NCBI GenBank assembly: GCA_020891255.1
Contig: BQFW01000005.1
Span: 1,674,001-1,738,000, forward strand
Direction of reading: 5' to 3'
DNA: 64,000 bases
Origin: Entomortierella parvispora E1425
Lineage: Eukaryota > Fungi > Mortierellomycota
Part shown: piece after piece, positions 1 through 13,115 of the stretch
Position numbering within the stretch: the first letter of the stretch is position 1
Layout of the letters: each line of letters opens with the position of its first letter
Translations under genes and position numbers: made by a program
Notes under the pieces: generated by a model
Told to the model about the DNA's origin: nothing
Seen by the model: only the letters and a program-made list of their open reading frames with translations
Databases searched by the model: none

Positions 1-3000
1 ATACCCGCGGCCGAGGCCGCACTGGCAGTCCGCTCCAGCAACGCCAGCACAGTCGACTACCGCTCCTGGGACCCTTTCCAGGGAGTGTCTCCTCATTACA
101 CACTCTCCGGTATCTTGGTCTTGGGCCAGGTGCAAGTCGACTGCAACGTGAACGTCGTGAACGCATCAAGTGCTGCAAAGGCTGGTCAGGCTATCCTAAC
201 AGCCGTTGACCCATTAAATCCTATTGAGGATACCATTTTGATCCTTCGATACGACTGGTTGGACAACTGCGCGACCTTTGACGATGTAAGTACTTTCTCC
301 TTTTCCTTCCTCATCTCCCTCCTGCGACTCCATCTGCATTCTCTTTCTCCCATCCGGCTCTCTATCCCTCATGACCTTGAATCTCGTATGAAAATTCCCT
401 CACGCGCCACGCGGTGAGAGTGCCTGCATCATGTTCGGCTCCTCTGTGTCACCCAAAAGGCAACATGCTTGCTCCTTTTCTATTCAGTTCAACAAAGGCC
501 CTGAGAGTGCCTGCAGTAGTACGACAGATCTTCCTGCAAGGCGCAAGCCAGCCATGCGTGGGCATTAACCAAGACGGAGTTGAAGCACCACTAGAGCATT
601 GAGCACCCCACTGCGCTGGGTCTAGACCCACTTTTTTTTTTCTATGGGTCTTCTTCAGAGAGCCCTCTTTCCAGGTGTCTTTTTATCCCGGGTCGGCAAT
701 TCCACTCTTCCTGCTTCCTCCTTCCTCATTGATGAGGGATGCTCACATTTTTCATATTGTGTTTTTTTCGGCATGGTTATGGTTTTTTTGTGGTTTACAT
801 TTTCATTCTCCACTTTTCTGCTTTCCGTCTGGCGGCAAAAAAAGAAGTGATGTGATCATGCGAGAGCCTGGCTCGAAACTGGGTGAGGAGGGGAATAAAG
901 TGGGGCTGATGTGCTACGGAGGAGGTCGCGTCGTGGTGATAATGATGATGATGATATTGCATTGCATGCTGATACCCGGGGGCACTGACATTCAATTTTT
1001 TCTAACGCCACCCCCATTCATCTCACCTTTTCCCCCCCTCACCCCTGCTTTCCTCTCTCTGGCGGCGATTTTTTTTTATAGATCTTTGCTAAGCTCGATA
1101 GCCTCGACACCCAGCTCCTGTCCCTGTCCCTGCCCAAGGTCGGGGCAGTCGTCATGGATGGCAATGCTCTCAGCGATGAGGATTTCGGGTCGCCGTTTAT
1201 CCAACTGGCCGATGCCAAACACTGGAACACGGACGAGCGCCTCAACATCTCGTTCGTTGGATCTGATACTGTCCTTGCCTTGGCCGAATTGCTCTTTGAG
1301 GCCGATGCCGCCGCTTTGGCAACGGTCGTGCAAGAGAACGGACCTTGGAATGTCCTTTGGAAGTCGATCTGGTTCAATGTGGTGATCCGAGGTCTGGATG
1401 TCTTGACGGGTCTTATCTTTGTCTATGGACTCTGGGTGTTGGCGTTCATTGCAAGGGCCAAAAAGGACACGCAGCACTACAAGCGTTATCTGATCCTGAT
1501 CCCTGGATGCTTTTACTTGCCCCTCTCGATCGCCTTTGCGCCTTACAAGGTCACTGTGCCCTGGAGGAACGCAGTGTACTACCTGTGCCTGCTCTTCCCC
1601 TTCATCTCGTTGGGTCTTCAAATCACCATGTGGTCCAAGTTGATCTACCGCATCAAGCGCAAAAAGGCCAACAAGATCTTTTCATACTACAGCTATATCA
1701 CGATCTTGGTCCCGGTCTTGTCCTCGTTCCTGGACGGCATTGGCTGGCTCATCCCCTCGGCACCCGTGATCCGTATGATTGGTGAAAGGGGCTTCTCCTA
1801 TGTGACGCCAGCCGTCATCCTGATCCAGGCCGGATTGATTTTCTATTACGCCATCACCTTCTTCAGGTCCCTCCAAGGCGTCGCCGTTTCTCAGACCACA
1901 AGGACTGCCCTGGTCAAGATCACAGTCCTGAACCTGGCCATGATCTCCTTCTTCATCCTCATGCTGCTGTCTCGTATTGTATCGGTCCTGGGCCTGAACA
2001 TGAAGTCCCGCAGTGCCTACGTGACAGAACTAGTCATCTTCCGATTCTCGTTCTTGTTCTTTTACGCAGCCTGTTTCCGAACCCTGTCCATCCGACAACC
2101 TACTGGATCTACTGTCGACTCCAAGGGCGCATCAGGGGATGCCAACAAGAGTGGCAGTCAAGGAAAGCACCAGAAATCGGGCTCTAAGAACCACACACAC
2201 TACCCTATGGACAGCTTCCAACAGGGCAGCAGTAGCGGCCGCAAGAGTACTAGTAAGAGAGACAATGATGTGGAAGAGATTGCCTCCAGACCCAGTCTGC
2301 ACTACAACAAGCATCTTTCGAACCATGCGTCCAAAGGATTCACTATCCCTGATCCGTCCAGTCAAGGTGGCTACAAGACTGCTACTTATGGAGGCCCTAC
2401 CTCCTCAGCTTTGGCTTCGACCGGTGGTGCCACCCCTCGTCTGACGCATGGCTACACTGGCAGCCAGCACCAGCTCTTGGGCGATGATCCTCTGGAATAC
2501 CAAAACCAGGTGATCCCCGATCCATACAAGTTCAGCGAGTTTGGTCATCTGACGCACTTTGACCATGGAGAAACGCCCTCGCCTCAGTTCCACCACAGCC
2601 ACATCCATCCAGACTTGCTTCACCGTCAAGAGGACAGCACGCTCTCGGGTGAGAGCAGTTACATCGATGTGGCGAGCACGTACAACGGCCAAGAAAATCC
2701 TTCGCATTCCGACGATGACACTACAGATCAAGAGAGTGTCTATGGCAGTCACCGGTTCCACTCCTCGGGCCAAAAGACCTCTTCTCCGTCCACCAAGCAC
2801 ATGAATACCAGCAGTAGTAACTTTAACTTCAACCACAGCTACGACCACACGAGTACAAGGGCGTCTTCTCCCAAGCCGCCGGTCCTTCAACGGCCTTTGC
2901 CCTCGGCCGTGGAATCGGCGACGGTGGCGGGCGTTGGTGGGAATGGCGGTCGAGTTGTGGGCGGCAAGGTTCGAAACTCGGAGGGCTACGCCCGTTTCGA

Positions 3001-3010
3001 GTCGTCATAG
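1..3010 (+). CDS. 7-transmembrane receptor-like protein with extracellular (PA-like) N-terminal domain and long Ser-rich cytoplasmic tail; 5' end outside window
   Basis: Frame-1 exon 1..285 is open (…RYDWLDNCATFDD) and ends at donor GTAAGT (286). An acceptor TTTATAG at 1081 resumes in phase (IFAKLDSLDTQLL…) into ORF 1154..3010. Seven hydrophobic segments run from WFNVVIRGL… to …FFYAACFRTL. The PA-like label is tentative. Confidence 0.6.
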
Positions 3011-3790
3011 AACAATGTCTGGAATAGACATCATCCCAGGGGAGTTGGACAAACACGACAGCCCATTCCTCTTTGTAACATAGCTAATCACGCATAAGAA
3101 CAATAAAAAACAAGCATTCAGAAACAAAGCTGCTGTAGACTTTACTGACCCTGAGGTGAGATTGCTACACAGCTCAATAGATGGTCTTTGGCTTTTACTG
3201 GTATGTATGCCAGCCGAGCTTTGACCCGTTTGCTGATCGCCGATATTGTTCCCGGTAAGTTGTTAATCCAGATTGTTCTCGGAATTGAGCCCAGTCAAGC
3301 TGGCCAGAGCAGAGCCGAGCAGTAACCCGAAAAAAAAAAAAAAAAAAAAAAAAAAGCGTACATCCACCCAAGCATCTTGACAAAAAAAAACCGTCCCTAG
3401 AAACACGAATGATCTTCACTGTCCCTGAGCAACAGTAAACACCCTGTTTCGCCCGCACATAGAAACGGCTACAGTATTTCCCAAGCACCAGAAACGGGCG
3501 CACCGTCATCGAGGGCGACAACAGACATCCATTCACAGCTGACTCTGGACTGTTCCTGAAGTTCATCTTTCAAGACCTCTCTAAATTAAGAATGCGTGTC
3601 TCACTTTTCCGAGCCTTCCACGGTAAATAAATTTCAAAAACCTGGAAACTGTTTTTGTTCTTCTTCACGTCTTTTTTTTTTCTCCTTCTCCACACAACGA
3701 ACTCCCCACTCTCTCTTTCTCTCTTTCCTCCCCCTTCCCTTGTCTCTGTTCAACACCTCCCTCCACTCCATCACTCTGCACAGGAAAAAT

Positions 3791-4864
3791 ATGAAGTTCG
3801 CTACAACATCCACAGCCGTCTTGGCTTTCATGATTGGCGCCTCCTCCCTCTCAGACTCGGTCGTGTCCGCTCAGGCACCCGCGCTCTCGGCCGCCTGCAA
3901 CCAATACTTGACCAGTCTCTCCCAGGCCTCCAACCCATTGTCCAAATGCAGAGTCTACACGGCCCTGGGTTTCCCTCAGATGACCCACAAGAACGATCAT
4001 GATACCCCCAAACTCCAAAAGGCCATTGTCGAATACTGCTCTGAACCTGCCTGTACTGCTGAACAGTACACTGGTGTCTACAAGGATCTTCAGACCAATT
4101 GCGCCAGTGACATGATCCCTGCCAATCAAGCTACCTTGGGTGTGACCATGTATATGTGGTATGTATTTTTTTCTAACCGGAGGATGAAAAGCAAAGAAAA
4201 AAAAAGTAGACTCATCCGTTACTTTTAACCCAGTGCATTGTGAAATGAGACTAAAACCCGACCGTTATATCCTTTTTTTAACAGGTACATGTCTCCCGCA
4301 CAGCGCGATGCCATTTGTCTGCGCGAGGATGGATCCTCGATCACCAAGGTCGACTTGCCAGAATCCAACAGCAACAACGTCTCGACCACCTCGTTTGCCT
4401 GTGTCACCAAATCCATCAACACCATGATCCTCAACAACCAGTACCCCAACCAGAACCCCAACGAGGATGATCTCTATGGCTACTTGCAATTCGTCACCCC
4501 TTTCCTCTCTGCCAAGGGCACCAACGTGACCAATGTCAAGGGCCAATTCTGCTCCTCTTGCAACCAACAGGTCGCCAACGTTTTCTCGACCTACTATCAA
4601 AAGACCCCCTCCCCTTTCCCCTCCCTGAGTCTCGATCGTCCCTTGACCACCGATCGTTTGAGCGAGGATCTCAAGTATCAGTACAAGTCCAGCTGTGGCG
4701 TCGATTTGGGCTCTGACACCTTCAAGCCCGTGAACCTCACCGATCCTTCCTCGAACAAGGGCAAATCCGACAACGCCGCGACGGTCATGGCCGCCAAAGA
4801 CGCGCTTTGGGGCTTGGGCCTCGCCACCGTCGCTGCATCCTTGGCTGGGCTCATGGCCATCTAA
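3791..4864 (+). CDS. Secreted Cys-rich, probably GPI-anchored cell-surface protein (2 exons; intron 4159-4284)
   Basis: Signal peptide MKFATTSTAVLAFMIGASS, multiple Cys, GT..AG intron joining MW|YMSPAQRD in phase, and a C-terminal small-residue site followed by a hydrophobic tail (LWGLGLATVAASLAGLMAI). Confidence 0.7.
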
Positions 4865-5050
4865 TTCGCGTACATTTTAATATATACCTTGCCATTCATC
4901 ATCGTTTTGGACAATAAACTGAGAAAGAAGCCTGCAGTCTATTCAACCATTCACATTGCAAGCATAAGATGGTACAAAAGATAAAGATAATAATAAAATC
5001 ATGTTTATATGTGACAACAAGCGACGACGAATACGAGCCCTCTATGAGAC

Positions 5051-6633
5051 TCAGAGATCCTTCTTGCTTGAAGCCTGAGTACGCTGCAGACGTCTGGTTT
5101 GGACAGACGAGAGGACGGATCGGCCTGAAACCAAAGCGACAAGAGAGAGCACGCCCAAATACTGGAGGACGGGGAATAGGGTGACATGGGTCCAGTACGA
5201 GTAAAACACAAACTCGATGGCAGCCAACGATGAAAAGAAGACCAAGCCAGCGACCAACTCGAGAGGGCGCTGAGCCATGGCCTTGAGAGGCTCGAACTTG
5301 ATTCCCAATTGGCTCCACTAAAGATTGATAAGAAGAAGAAGAAAAGACATGACACATGTCAGAACTCGATCCTATTTCCCAAAAAGCAACATACATCATG
5401 ATGCTCGGTCCTCATGTGCACACTCTTACCAACAAGAAAAGGGCGGCGAAGGGGGCGAGAACGAGAAGAGAGAACAATCCAGAGACGGCGCGGTTGATCA
5501 ACTTTTGGTCGGCTCTGAACTGGTGGTGAATCTCATCTAGAGCCTCATATGCGACACGAGAGGGGCGAACGGCAGGGTTGGCGGAAGGTCCCTGGACCTC
5601 AATGTGACCCAAAGCGTACTTGAAAGGCTCCTCGACCTTGGATCCACCGACCAAAAAGGTCATCGAGAACTTGCGCGTGTTGTATCTGAACTTTGGATCA
5701 GCCTTGGCGAAGTTCTATGAAGAGAGGCAACAAAATGTCATAATGCACGCGTCAATGGACTGGTTTGATACACGCGTCGTTGGGTTCAAATGGTGTTGAG
5801 GTTGAAGTCCATCCAGCCAGCAAAGAACAATAGAGTCGGCTATGAGGTCGTTGTAAGTTCCGTATGAGAACACAAGATTGTCTAAAGGGCCAAATAGGGT
5901 CCAGAGCATATCTCCAAGTGCAGTTTGATCCTTTGCTTCTCCATGGTCGATAATTCCCGTAAACAATGTTTTCATTCTTCACGCGAATTCCGCCTTACAA
6001 TTTCGAAGCGGCCCTTTCCAGAGGGCTTGACAGCGGCTGCGACCATGATCTCATCCTGGAACTCATCCTGACTCTGGAACACAACCATGGCCTGATGGGG
6101 GCGCTCCTTGTTCTCGACCTTGAACGAGAACTTGAGGATGTCAGAGTTATCCGCCTTCAAATCTTCGACGGCATATGGGTATTCAAGCCTAGGGAGAAAG
6201 ACAGTGGCGACAAATAATATTGTTAGTTGAAATAAAAAAAAGGAGGGGGTTGCTTTGTGTGAGTGTCGGTCCGAGGAACTGCGATGAGGTCCCACGGTGG
6301 ATGTTCCATGGTCCGACGTGTAAATGCATTAATTACTGCATTTCCAGAGAAAGATCATCCCGGCCATGGTCTCTGTCGATGCTCTGTTCCACGTGTCGAG
6401 TGACGATGTTCAGTCGAGTCCTGAAGAGTAAAGGCATCCTGGATGACTACAGGGTTGCATTCTGCAAGGAAGGATGGATGCATGGACGCGACATCTTACT
6501 TGTGGTCGGCCTTCTTTGCTCCGTTCTTTGCGGTGACACTGAGGTTGATGTCGTTGACGTTCCAAGAAGCGGCGATGGCGGAGGACAGGGATGCCAGCAC
6601 GGCGACGAGCACCAGAGAGCTGAACTTTGCCAT
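5051..6633 (-). CDS. SWP1: Oligosaccharyltransferase subunit ribophorin II / Swp1 (multi-exon)
   Basis: Signal peptide MAKFSSLVLVAVLA; segments RPHQAMVVF, EIHHQFRADQKLINRAVSGLFSLLVLAPF and IEFVFYSYWTHVTLFPVLQYLGVLS…GRSVLS match the RPN2/Swp1 C-terminal three-TM pattern. Confidence 0.85.
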
Positions 6634-7016
6634 TGTGGGATTGAAGAGAGGGGAGAACGGGAAGGAGGGAGAGAGACGGGAGAGTAGGGATGATGAAGAG
6701 ATGATGATGACAAGCGGATGAACCTCGCTGGCAGACACGCACACGGACAGGGCACACTCTCACACAGGGGGGAAGCTACAACAGACCAGAAGGGGTGCGA
6801 AAGTCGTCTCTTTCGGTGCGCCACTGGAGGTGCCTGTCGGTGTCTGTCTGTTCGTTAATTGTGCGTGGATTTAACTTGTTTTGTTCCTTATTTCCTTGCA
6901 CATCACATGACCAGTCAAGTCAGTCAGTCAAGAACAGAGTCCCGCCCTTCTCCTCTGCGCATCTTCTACTCTGCCCCCCCCTTCACTGCATGCACCGTCT
7001 TCCTTCTCTTCTTGCA

Positions 7017-8506
7017 ATGACCATACGCACCAGACGAGCCGCCGCCGAGGCTGCTGCCACCATCACTGCTGGGATCCTCAAGCCCAGCATCTCCTTGACC
7101 TTCAAGCAGACAAAGTCTAGGTATCGACTCGACCCTTCCTCCTCCACTGCTTGACCCTGAATCTCAACTGACATCTGACGCCACCAATTCTTGATTCGTC
7201 CATTGGGCAGATCCATCACTCGGACCTTGGTGACAGTAAGTTTTTTTCTTTTCCAGGCGGTTTACTGCGCCCATACTGATCACTGACCCAAGGTGGCATG
7301 ATTTCATTCTATTGCATTTTAGAAGACTGGCACCAAAAAAGAACACCAAAAGACGTTGTTGAAGATTGAGGTATACTTACGTTCATCCCATCATCGCTCA
7401 TAAAACCTGCAACGACATCGAGCTCGGAAACTAACCTTCTCCGAGATAGACCCTAGCCGTCAGCGATAACATTGAGGAATCTTCATCCCTGAGAAAGACT
7501 GTCAGACGTCGCAAGGCCGCAACGATAACTTCAGACGATGCTGCTAAAGTTGTCACAACCACTACTGTCACCGCCGACACTGTGGTGAAAGAGACCAAGG
7601 TCAAGGCCCCCGCCACCAACCCCTGGGCCAATCGGCCTCGCCATACCCCAGACTATGCTCACGCTGCATTGGAACATCTCTGCACAGCTGATCCTGCGCT
7701 CAAGCCATTGATTGACAGGCATCCTTATTTAATCGATGCAGAACATGAGACCAACTACTTTCGGTATTGTACAGTTGCTCTATTAACAAAGAGATGGTCG
7801 TGAGACTCGGAGGAACACCTAAACTCATCGACATTCGTCCTGTCAACTATACAGAGTTCTTACAAGAACCATCATCGGACAACAGATCCATTGGAAGGCA
7901 GCACGGTCCATCATCTATAAGTTTGTCTCGTACTACTTTCCAGATGGCCAAGTCACCGTGGATTCTTTGGATGCCAATGACAAGACCTTTCCTACGCCCG
8001 AGCAGGTTCTTGCCACCTCAATGGACAGCCTTCGACAGTGTGGGTTGTCGGAACGCAAGGCCTCTTATATCCAAGATCTAGCCCGTCATTTTGCCGAAGG
8101 CAAGATCACATTTACAGATCAAGCCATGTTAAAGGCACTCACAGACCAGGAACTGGCCTCTCAATTGCTCTGTGTGCGTGGAATCGGGCAGTGGACAGTA
8201 GACATGTTTTTGATGAGCTCGCTTGAACGTTTAGATGTACTACCCACCCTGGATCTCGGGGTCCGACGAGGCATGGAAAAGCACTTTTCGAGCGAGTACA
8301 AAAATGGACGCTGGGGCATTGTTGAAGAGAGCAGTCATGGTACCAGTCCGAAATCAAAGGGCAAGGGTAAGAAGGTGAAAGCGGGTGAGATGAGCCTGGA
8401 CGATATGGAGCGGATGGCTGAGAGATGGAGACCTTACCGAAGTATTGCCTCTTGGTACATGTGGAGAAATGCTGATGCTGAAGATATTGTCACCGCCCCG
8501 GTGTAG
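7017..8506 (+). CDS. MAG1: DNA-3-methyladenine glycosylase, HhH-GPD (AlkA/Mag1) family; 5' exons tentative
   Basis: Motifs DPALKPLID, FPTPEQVLA, LRQCGLSERKASYIQDLA, LLCVRGIGQWTVDMFLM…DVLPTLDLGVRRGM and WRPYRSIASWYMW. Several GT-AG introns upstream. Confidence 0.88.
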
Positions 8507-10177
8507 AGATCGTGTCCAGTCGCTCTCCACAGAAAGATGAATCAGATTATTTTTTTTTGAAAAAACGAATGCTCACAGGGGGGGTGAAAATAAACATTCA
8601 CTGGGCGTGATAATTTCTTCTGAGCGCAGCCTCACGCCTTTTTTTTTTGGTGAAATTGAAAACAGAATAAACATCATCATACCCTTTTTACGACCACGGT
8701 TCTCCTCTTCTTTTCAATATTCTCACTCAAGGATATCCGACCTCCTTTTCCAACCCTCGGACCCTGCTACAATTGAATGAACAATGCTAAAAACCAAAAA
8801 CCGGCATTTATTTTGGACATGAAAAAGATTGCAGGAGATGATTGACAACACCACGACCCGGGGATTTTGAGGCAAAAACAAAGAATATTTAAGCCTTGAA
8901 ACCACGGGAGGCACGACGACCACGAGCCTTCTCGAACTTGCGACCCTTGCTCTGGACATAGGGCTTGGCGTGCTTGCCGGGGCCCATGCCGAAGTGCTTG
9001 ACGGCCTCACGGGTGTTCTTCTTGCCGCGGAGCAAGACAGTGTTGGCACCAGTGGGGGCACGGAGAGCGAGCTGATCAAAGGTGATGACCTCACCGCCGG
9101 CCTTCAAGATGCGGGCCTTGGCGGTCTTGGTGATGCGCAAGCAAGCGAGGGAGAGCTTGGGGACCTCGAGGAAGCGGTTATCGTCAGTGACGGTACCGAC
9201 AACAACGGCGGTCTTGCCATCCTTACCTGCCATGTTGCGGGCAACACGGGAGACGGACATGGGGGGGCGGTTGACGCGGGACATAAAGAGACGCTTCAAG
9301 ACGACCTTGTTGAAGGCATAGTCCGTGCGGCGGGCGAGGAATCTGTAGAGCTGTGGGATGAAAAGTAACAGAAAAAGACGCAACGTCGTCAGTCGTGTTG
9401 TCCTTCATAACGTCTTTTCTGTGGGCAATTGTGGGCAATTGTGGGCAATTGTGGGGTGTATCCAGGGAAACAAAGCTGTCCTGTTGTTGTCTATGCCTCT
9501 CTTTTCCCCCGTTGAATTCAAGAATTCCGCATTATCCCTGTACTCAAAAAGTGAGTCGCCCAGTGCTGTGACACTCCCCTCGGGTTGATTGGTTGATTTG
9601 TTGATGCGTGTGGGCGATGTCAAGATCAGATCAGATCACTTTGTAAATCTCTTTTTTTTCTTCCATTCGTACAGTCCTGCCTCATGCTGGCGCGTTTCAA
9701 GCAAGAGTTGCATCCTCCTTGCGCTCCCAAACGTCCGGATTCCTTTGTCTCGCAGTGTGTTTGTCATCCCTTTTTTTCCACCACTGTCTGTCTGAAAAAG
9801 AGACCTATGACCAGTCTCGTATAGTATATATCGACTTCCTGACCACGCCTCAAGCAGGATTTAAAAGGGTAACGATGTCGTAGAGTCGAACAAAAACACT
9901 CGGACGCTTTTTTCCCTAGCCATAAGTCCTGTTCCTTGAAGAGTAGCTTTTCCACTCTTTTTTTTCCTATAATTGGTTTCAAGGTGCTGTAGAAGGGGAG
10001 CTTTCCATACCTTGACGAGCAACAACAGGCAGACATCCTCAGACTTGGGAGCCTGACCGTTCTTGTTGCGAACGTGGTGCTTCTTACTGTCAATACCCTA
10101 CGATATCAAATAGATAGAGGACAAGAGATGAAAAAAGGAGTCAGAAAAAGCTGATGTTGAGGACAGAATCATAGGTT
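8498..10177 (+). repeat. Left copy of long direct duplication (pairs with 20176-21768)
   Basis: Starts CCGGTGTAGAGATCGT (includes the MAG1 stop) and ends …CATAGGTT. Colinear with the right copy apart from scattered SNPs, about 100 bp missing from the right copy near the poly-T, and GTGGGCAATT x3 vs x2. Confidence 0.95.
8889..10097 (-). pseudogene. RPL18: 5'-truncated copy of 60S ribosomal protein L18 (exons 2-3 only: 10097-10011, 9350-8889)
   Basis: Full eL18 coding sequence except the ATG exon; homology breaks inside intron 1. It differs from the right copy by I5S, R15G, Y24C, S41Y and one synonymous change. Confidence 0.8.
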
Positions 10178-10325
10178 TATTCGACATGAGTTGCCTACAG
10201 TACGTTACACTCGGCCTTCTCTCACAATGCTCACCCATGCATGTTGTTATCCCATCACTCTCGGCTCTGTTCCTTACTGGCCCGCCAAAAATCAATCCAT
10301 CGATCCATTTTTTTCCACGGTCTTT

Positions 10326-13115
10326 CTACATCGAGCCAGTCTTTCTCTTCTTGGACTTTGTAGGAGTGGCAGTTGTCACAGAGGTTTTGCAAAGAGCATC
10401 GCACAACTGTTGTTGCATTTCAAAGGATGCAGGTGCTGCAAGATGACGCCTGGAAATTTCCTGCTCGATTCGGAAGGCCAGCCTAAGACAAGACTGAATG
10501 GCCGTGCTCATCCGTCGGCCAAACTCTTTTTTTTCCAGAGGAATCAGAAATAAGTCAAATTGACATAATCGAAAAACACCTTGAAAATCCAATTGGAGTA
10601 GTTTGGTTTCATCTTTGTAGGTGCATGATCCGAAGACAGCAAGGTCTCGTGGTGGGACCGCCTCCCGACAAACCGATTTAACTTGACTTAACCAAGAATC
10701 TCTAAGCTCAAGAGCGAGCTTGAACTGATCCTGGGATTTCTTGTCAGCCTTCACATTGTGGACCTGCGATGCTTCCGCCAGGAAAATTTGGTCCTTCCCA
10801 TTGAAGGCCAAGCCATCACAGTATTGGCCAACCTCGAAGACATCAAGAAATGGATTCTTGTCATGATTTTTCCTTTCCTGAACCCCCGTAACGAGGACCT
10901 CCAGATGTCGAGATTCTATCTTGTTCATGGTAAGCGCTCCTCGAATGAATGACCAAGTAAGATCCGTAAAGCTCTCACGTTCATTCAGGTCCTTGGGAAT
11001 CTCAGAGTGGAAATCGAAGTAATGAGAGCTATGGCAGATAGATTATATGTGAATGAACATCCAATCATAGTATACATCCATCGAACAAGGGGAACACTTA
11101 CTATGCCATCACAACTGAGAACATATATTTAGCTATCGGGTCCTTCATGTCCTCGCTTTGAATTGCTCGGGTGATGTCCTCATAGTCACTGTGCTTGAAT
11201 ACCCGGTCAAATATTTCTGGAAGAGTGGGCCACTTTTCATTGATATTGGGGATCGCAGCAACCCTTCTCGCCTCTAAAAGGACATCTGAATGCAAACTCA
11301 TTGCGAAGGAAGACCCATGGGTCAAGTCTGCAATACCGTCCCGAACGAGAGAGAAAGGCCCCATATTGCCTGGTCGAAAGTCATGAAACTTTGATATCAC
11401 ATCAACACCTTGACAGATAAAGGATGTCGTCTGATTCAGAGTATTAAAGTGCACGAGACTAGTAGTGGGATCTGTAAACCTGTTAGAAACAACCGGTACC
11501 TTAAATTACTGCTCCAAGCAAAGAGTGATTCCACACACCTGGAAATTCATCGCCTTCTTCACTGGCCAGTGCATCCTCAATGAGATTGCTCAGATCGGGA
11601 AACGGAACAGGGCTGGTTCGGGAGAAATCAAACTGAGACTAAAGGAATGAAGGAGAAGGCGTGGGGTTGATAAAATGTTTGGAATGTTAATGCAGGCATG
11701 ACCGTAATCACAAATACTGTATTCACATACATTTTCCGAGTCGACAGGGGGTGTCCGGAGCCGTGATGAAGGTTCATCCAGACCATCTAAGACGTAGGTA
11801 TCTGATGAAGGGCCATATCGTTCTCTGTCTGTTGGTCGGAGTGTGATGAGAAGACTAGGTTCAGTTGCATGAACGAAAAATAAATCGATACTTGTAGAGT
11901 CTCACAAGGTACAATATCGATCTCTTTGGAAATAAATACTTACAGGATCGCTGCAATGGGGTGGGTAAGTCACCACATTTTCCTTGCTTTGTTCGAGTTC
12001 GCTCCAGGCCAGCAGCTATTAATATGTTTAGAAAACAGAGAACAAATTATCAGTGGATGTTTGTGAATGCAGGAATCAAAAGAGAACTTACAGTGTGTCA
12101 CTTCCGCATTCTCAGCCGCGGTTTCTGCCTTCTCCTTTGGGAGTTAAAGAAAGGGCGAGGGCACATGTCAAACACCATTAATACATCAAACTACTGTACC
12201 AAAACCAAGGGCTCTTTTACTAACCTCGATTCTTTGAGCCTTTGAAGAATTACGCCTAGGTTGGAGTTGAGCGGGTAACCTGCTCTTGACGCTTTGGGCA
12301 TTTCTGACTTTCCGTACTGGAATATTGACGGCCGTTACAAACGTCCTGCGAGCTACAGATGAAGCACCTTTCTCGTTTCGAGCAGTAGTCGAGGGAGAGC
12401 CCTCGGAGTCAGCATCGAGAGGGGAATGTGCTTCTATGGCATACAGTTGATACAAGAGAGGGTGGAGGCTAATCACATGTCAGGTGCAGGAATAACCACA
12501 CAACACCGCAACACCTCTGGTTTCATTTACCAGCTGTTTTTTCCAGAGGCTTGTATCTTGCTTGGTATTCAATGTTCATATCGGCCTTCTTGCTCTTCGC
12601 ACCTTGTATGGATGGAGAATGGAAATGTCAACACCAATAGCATGAAATTTGTTATTCCAATCCTCTTTACGTAGCTGTACTTCGAATTTACCTGTAAGAG
12701 GTAGGGGCGTCGGCATGGAGGATGGGAGTGTGATATCGTCTGAGCTCTGGATAACCTCATCTTCCTCCTCATCTTCTTTCTCATCTTGGAAGTGTTGCTT
12801 AAAGATGTTTCGAGACTGTCGATGACCGACCTCCACTGAGTCCCCGGCAGCCCTCATCGCAACAACACCCGCCTTGGCCAGGGTGGCACGCTTTTCCCAG
12901 AAAACAGCAGCCCGGTTGGCAATAAAAGACTCTAGGTTCCTAGAGAGACGTTGACGGCGGGCTTGACGGATTTTGGGATTGCTGATGAGCGCCAGATATT
13001 CTGTCTCTGCTGTTTGTCTGTCGCTATATTTGAATTTTTGCGCAAAAGACGCTATAGAGACGTGTTCCTTAGCAGACTGCTTGGTTGCCCATGCGACATG
13101 TTCCCGATTATCCAT
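10326..13115 (-). CDS. Multi-exon PD-(D/E)xK (REase-like) nuclease of the type found as Crinkler C-terminal domains in Mucoromycota
   Basis: C-terminal motif YCDGLAFNGKDQIFLAEASQ…KKSQDQFKLALELRDSW (D…E…D-x-x-K-L pattern), preceded by EIPKDLNERESFTDLTWSFIRGAL. Upstream coding pieces at 11101-11454 and 12576-13115. Exon structure was not fully resolved. Confidence 0.6.

Noticed and set aside
8970-9368. Plus-strand ORFs 8970-9368 and 20570-20968 and similar shadow ORFs over YAK1, PPR and RGS
   Set aside because: They are antisense or alternative-frame shadows of genes with strong codon bias.
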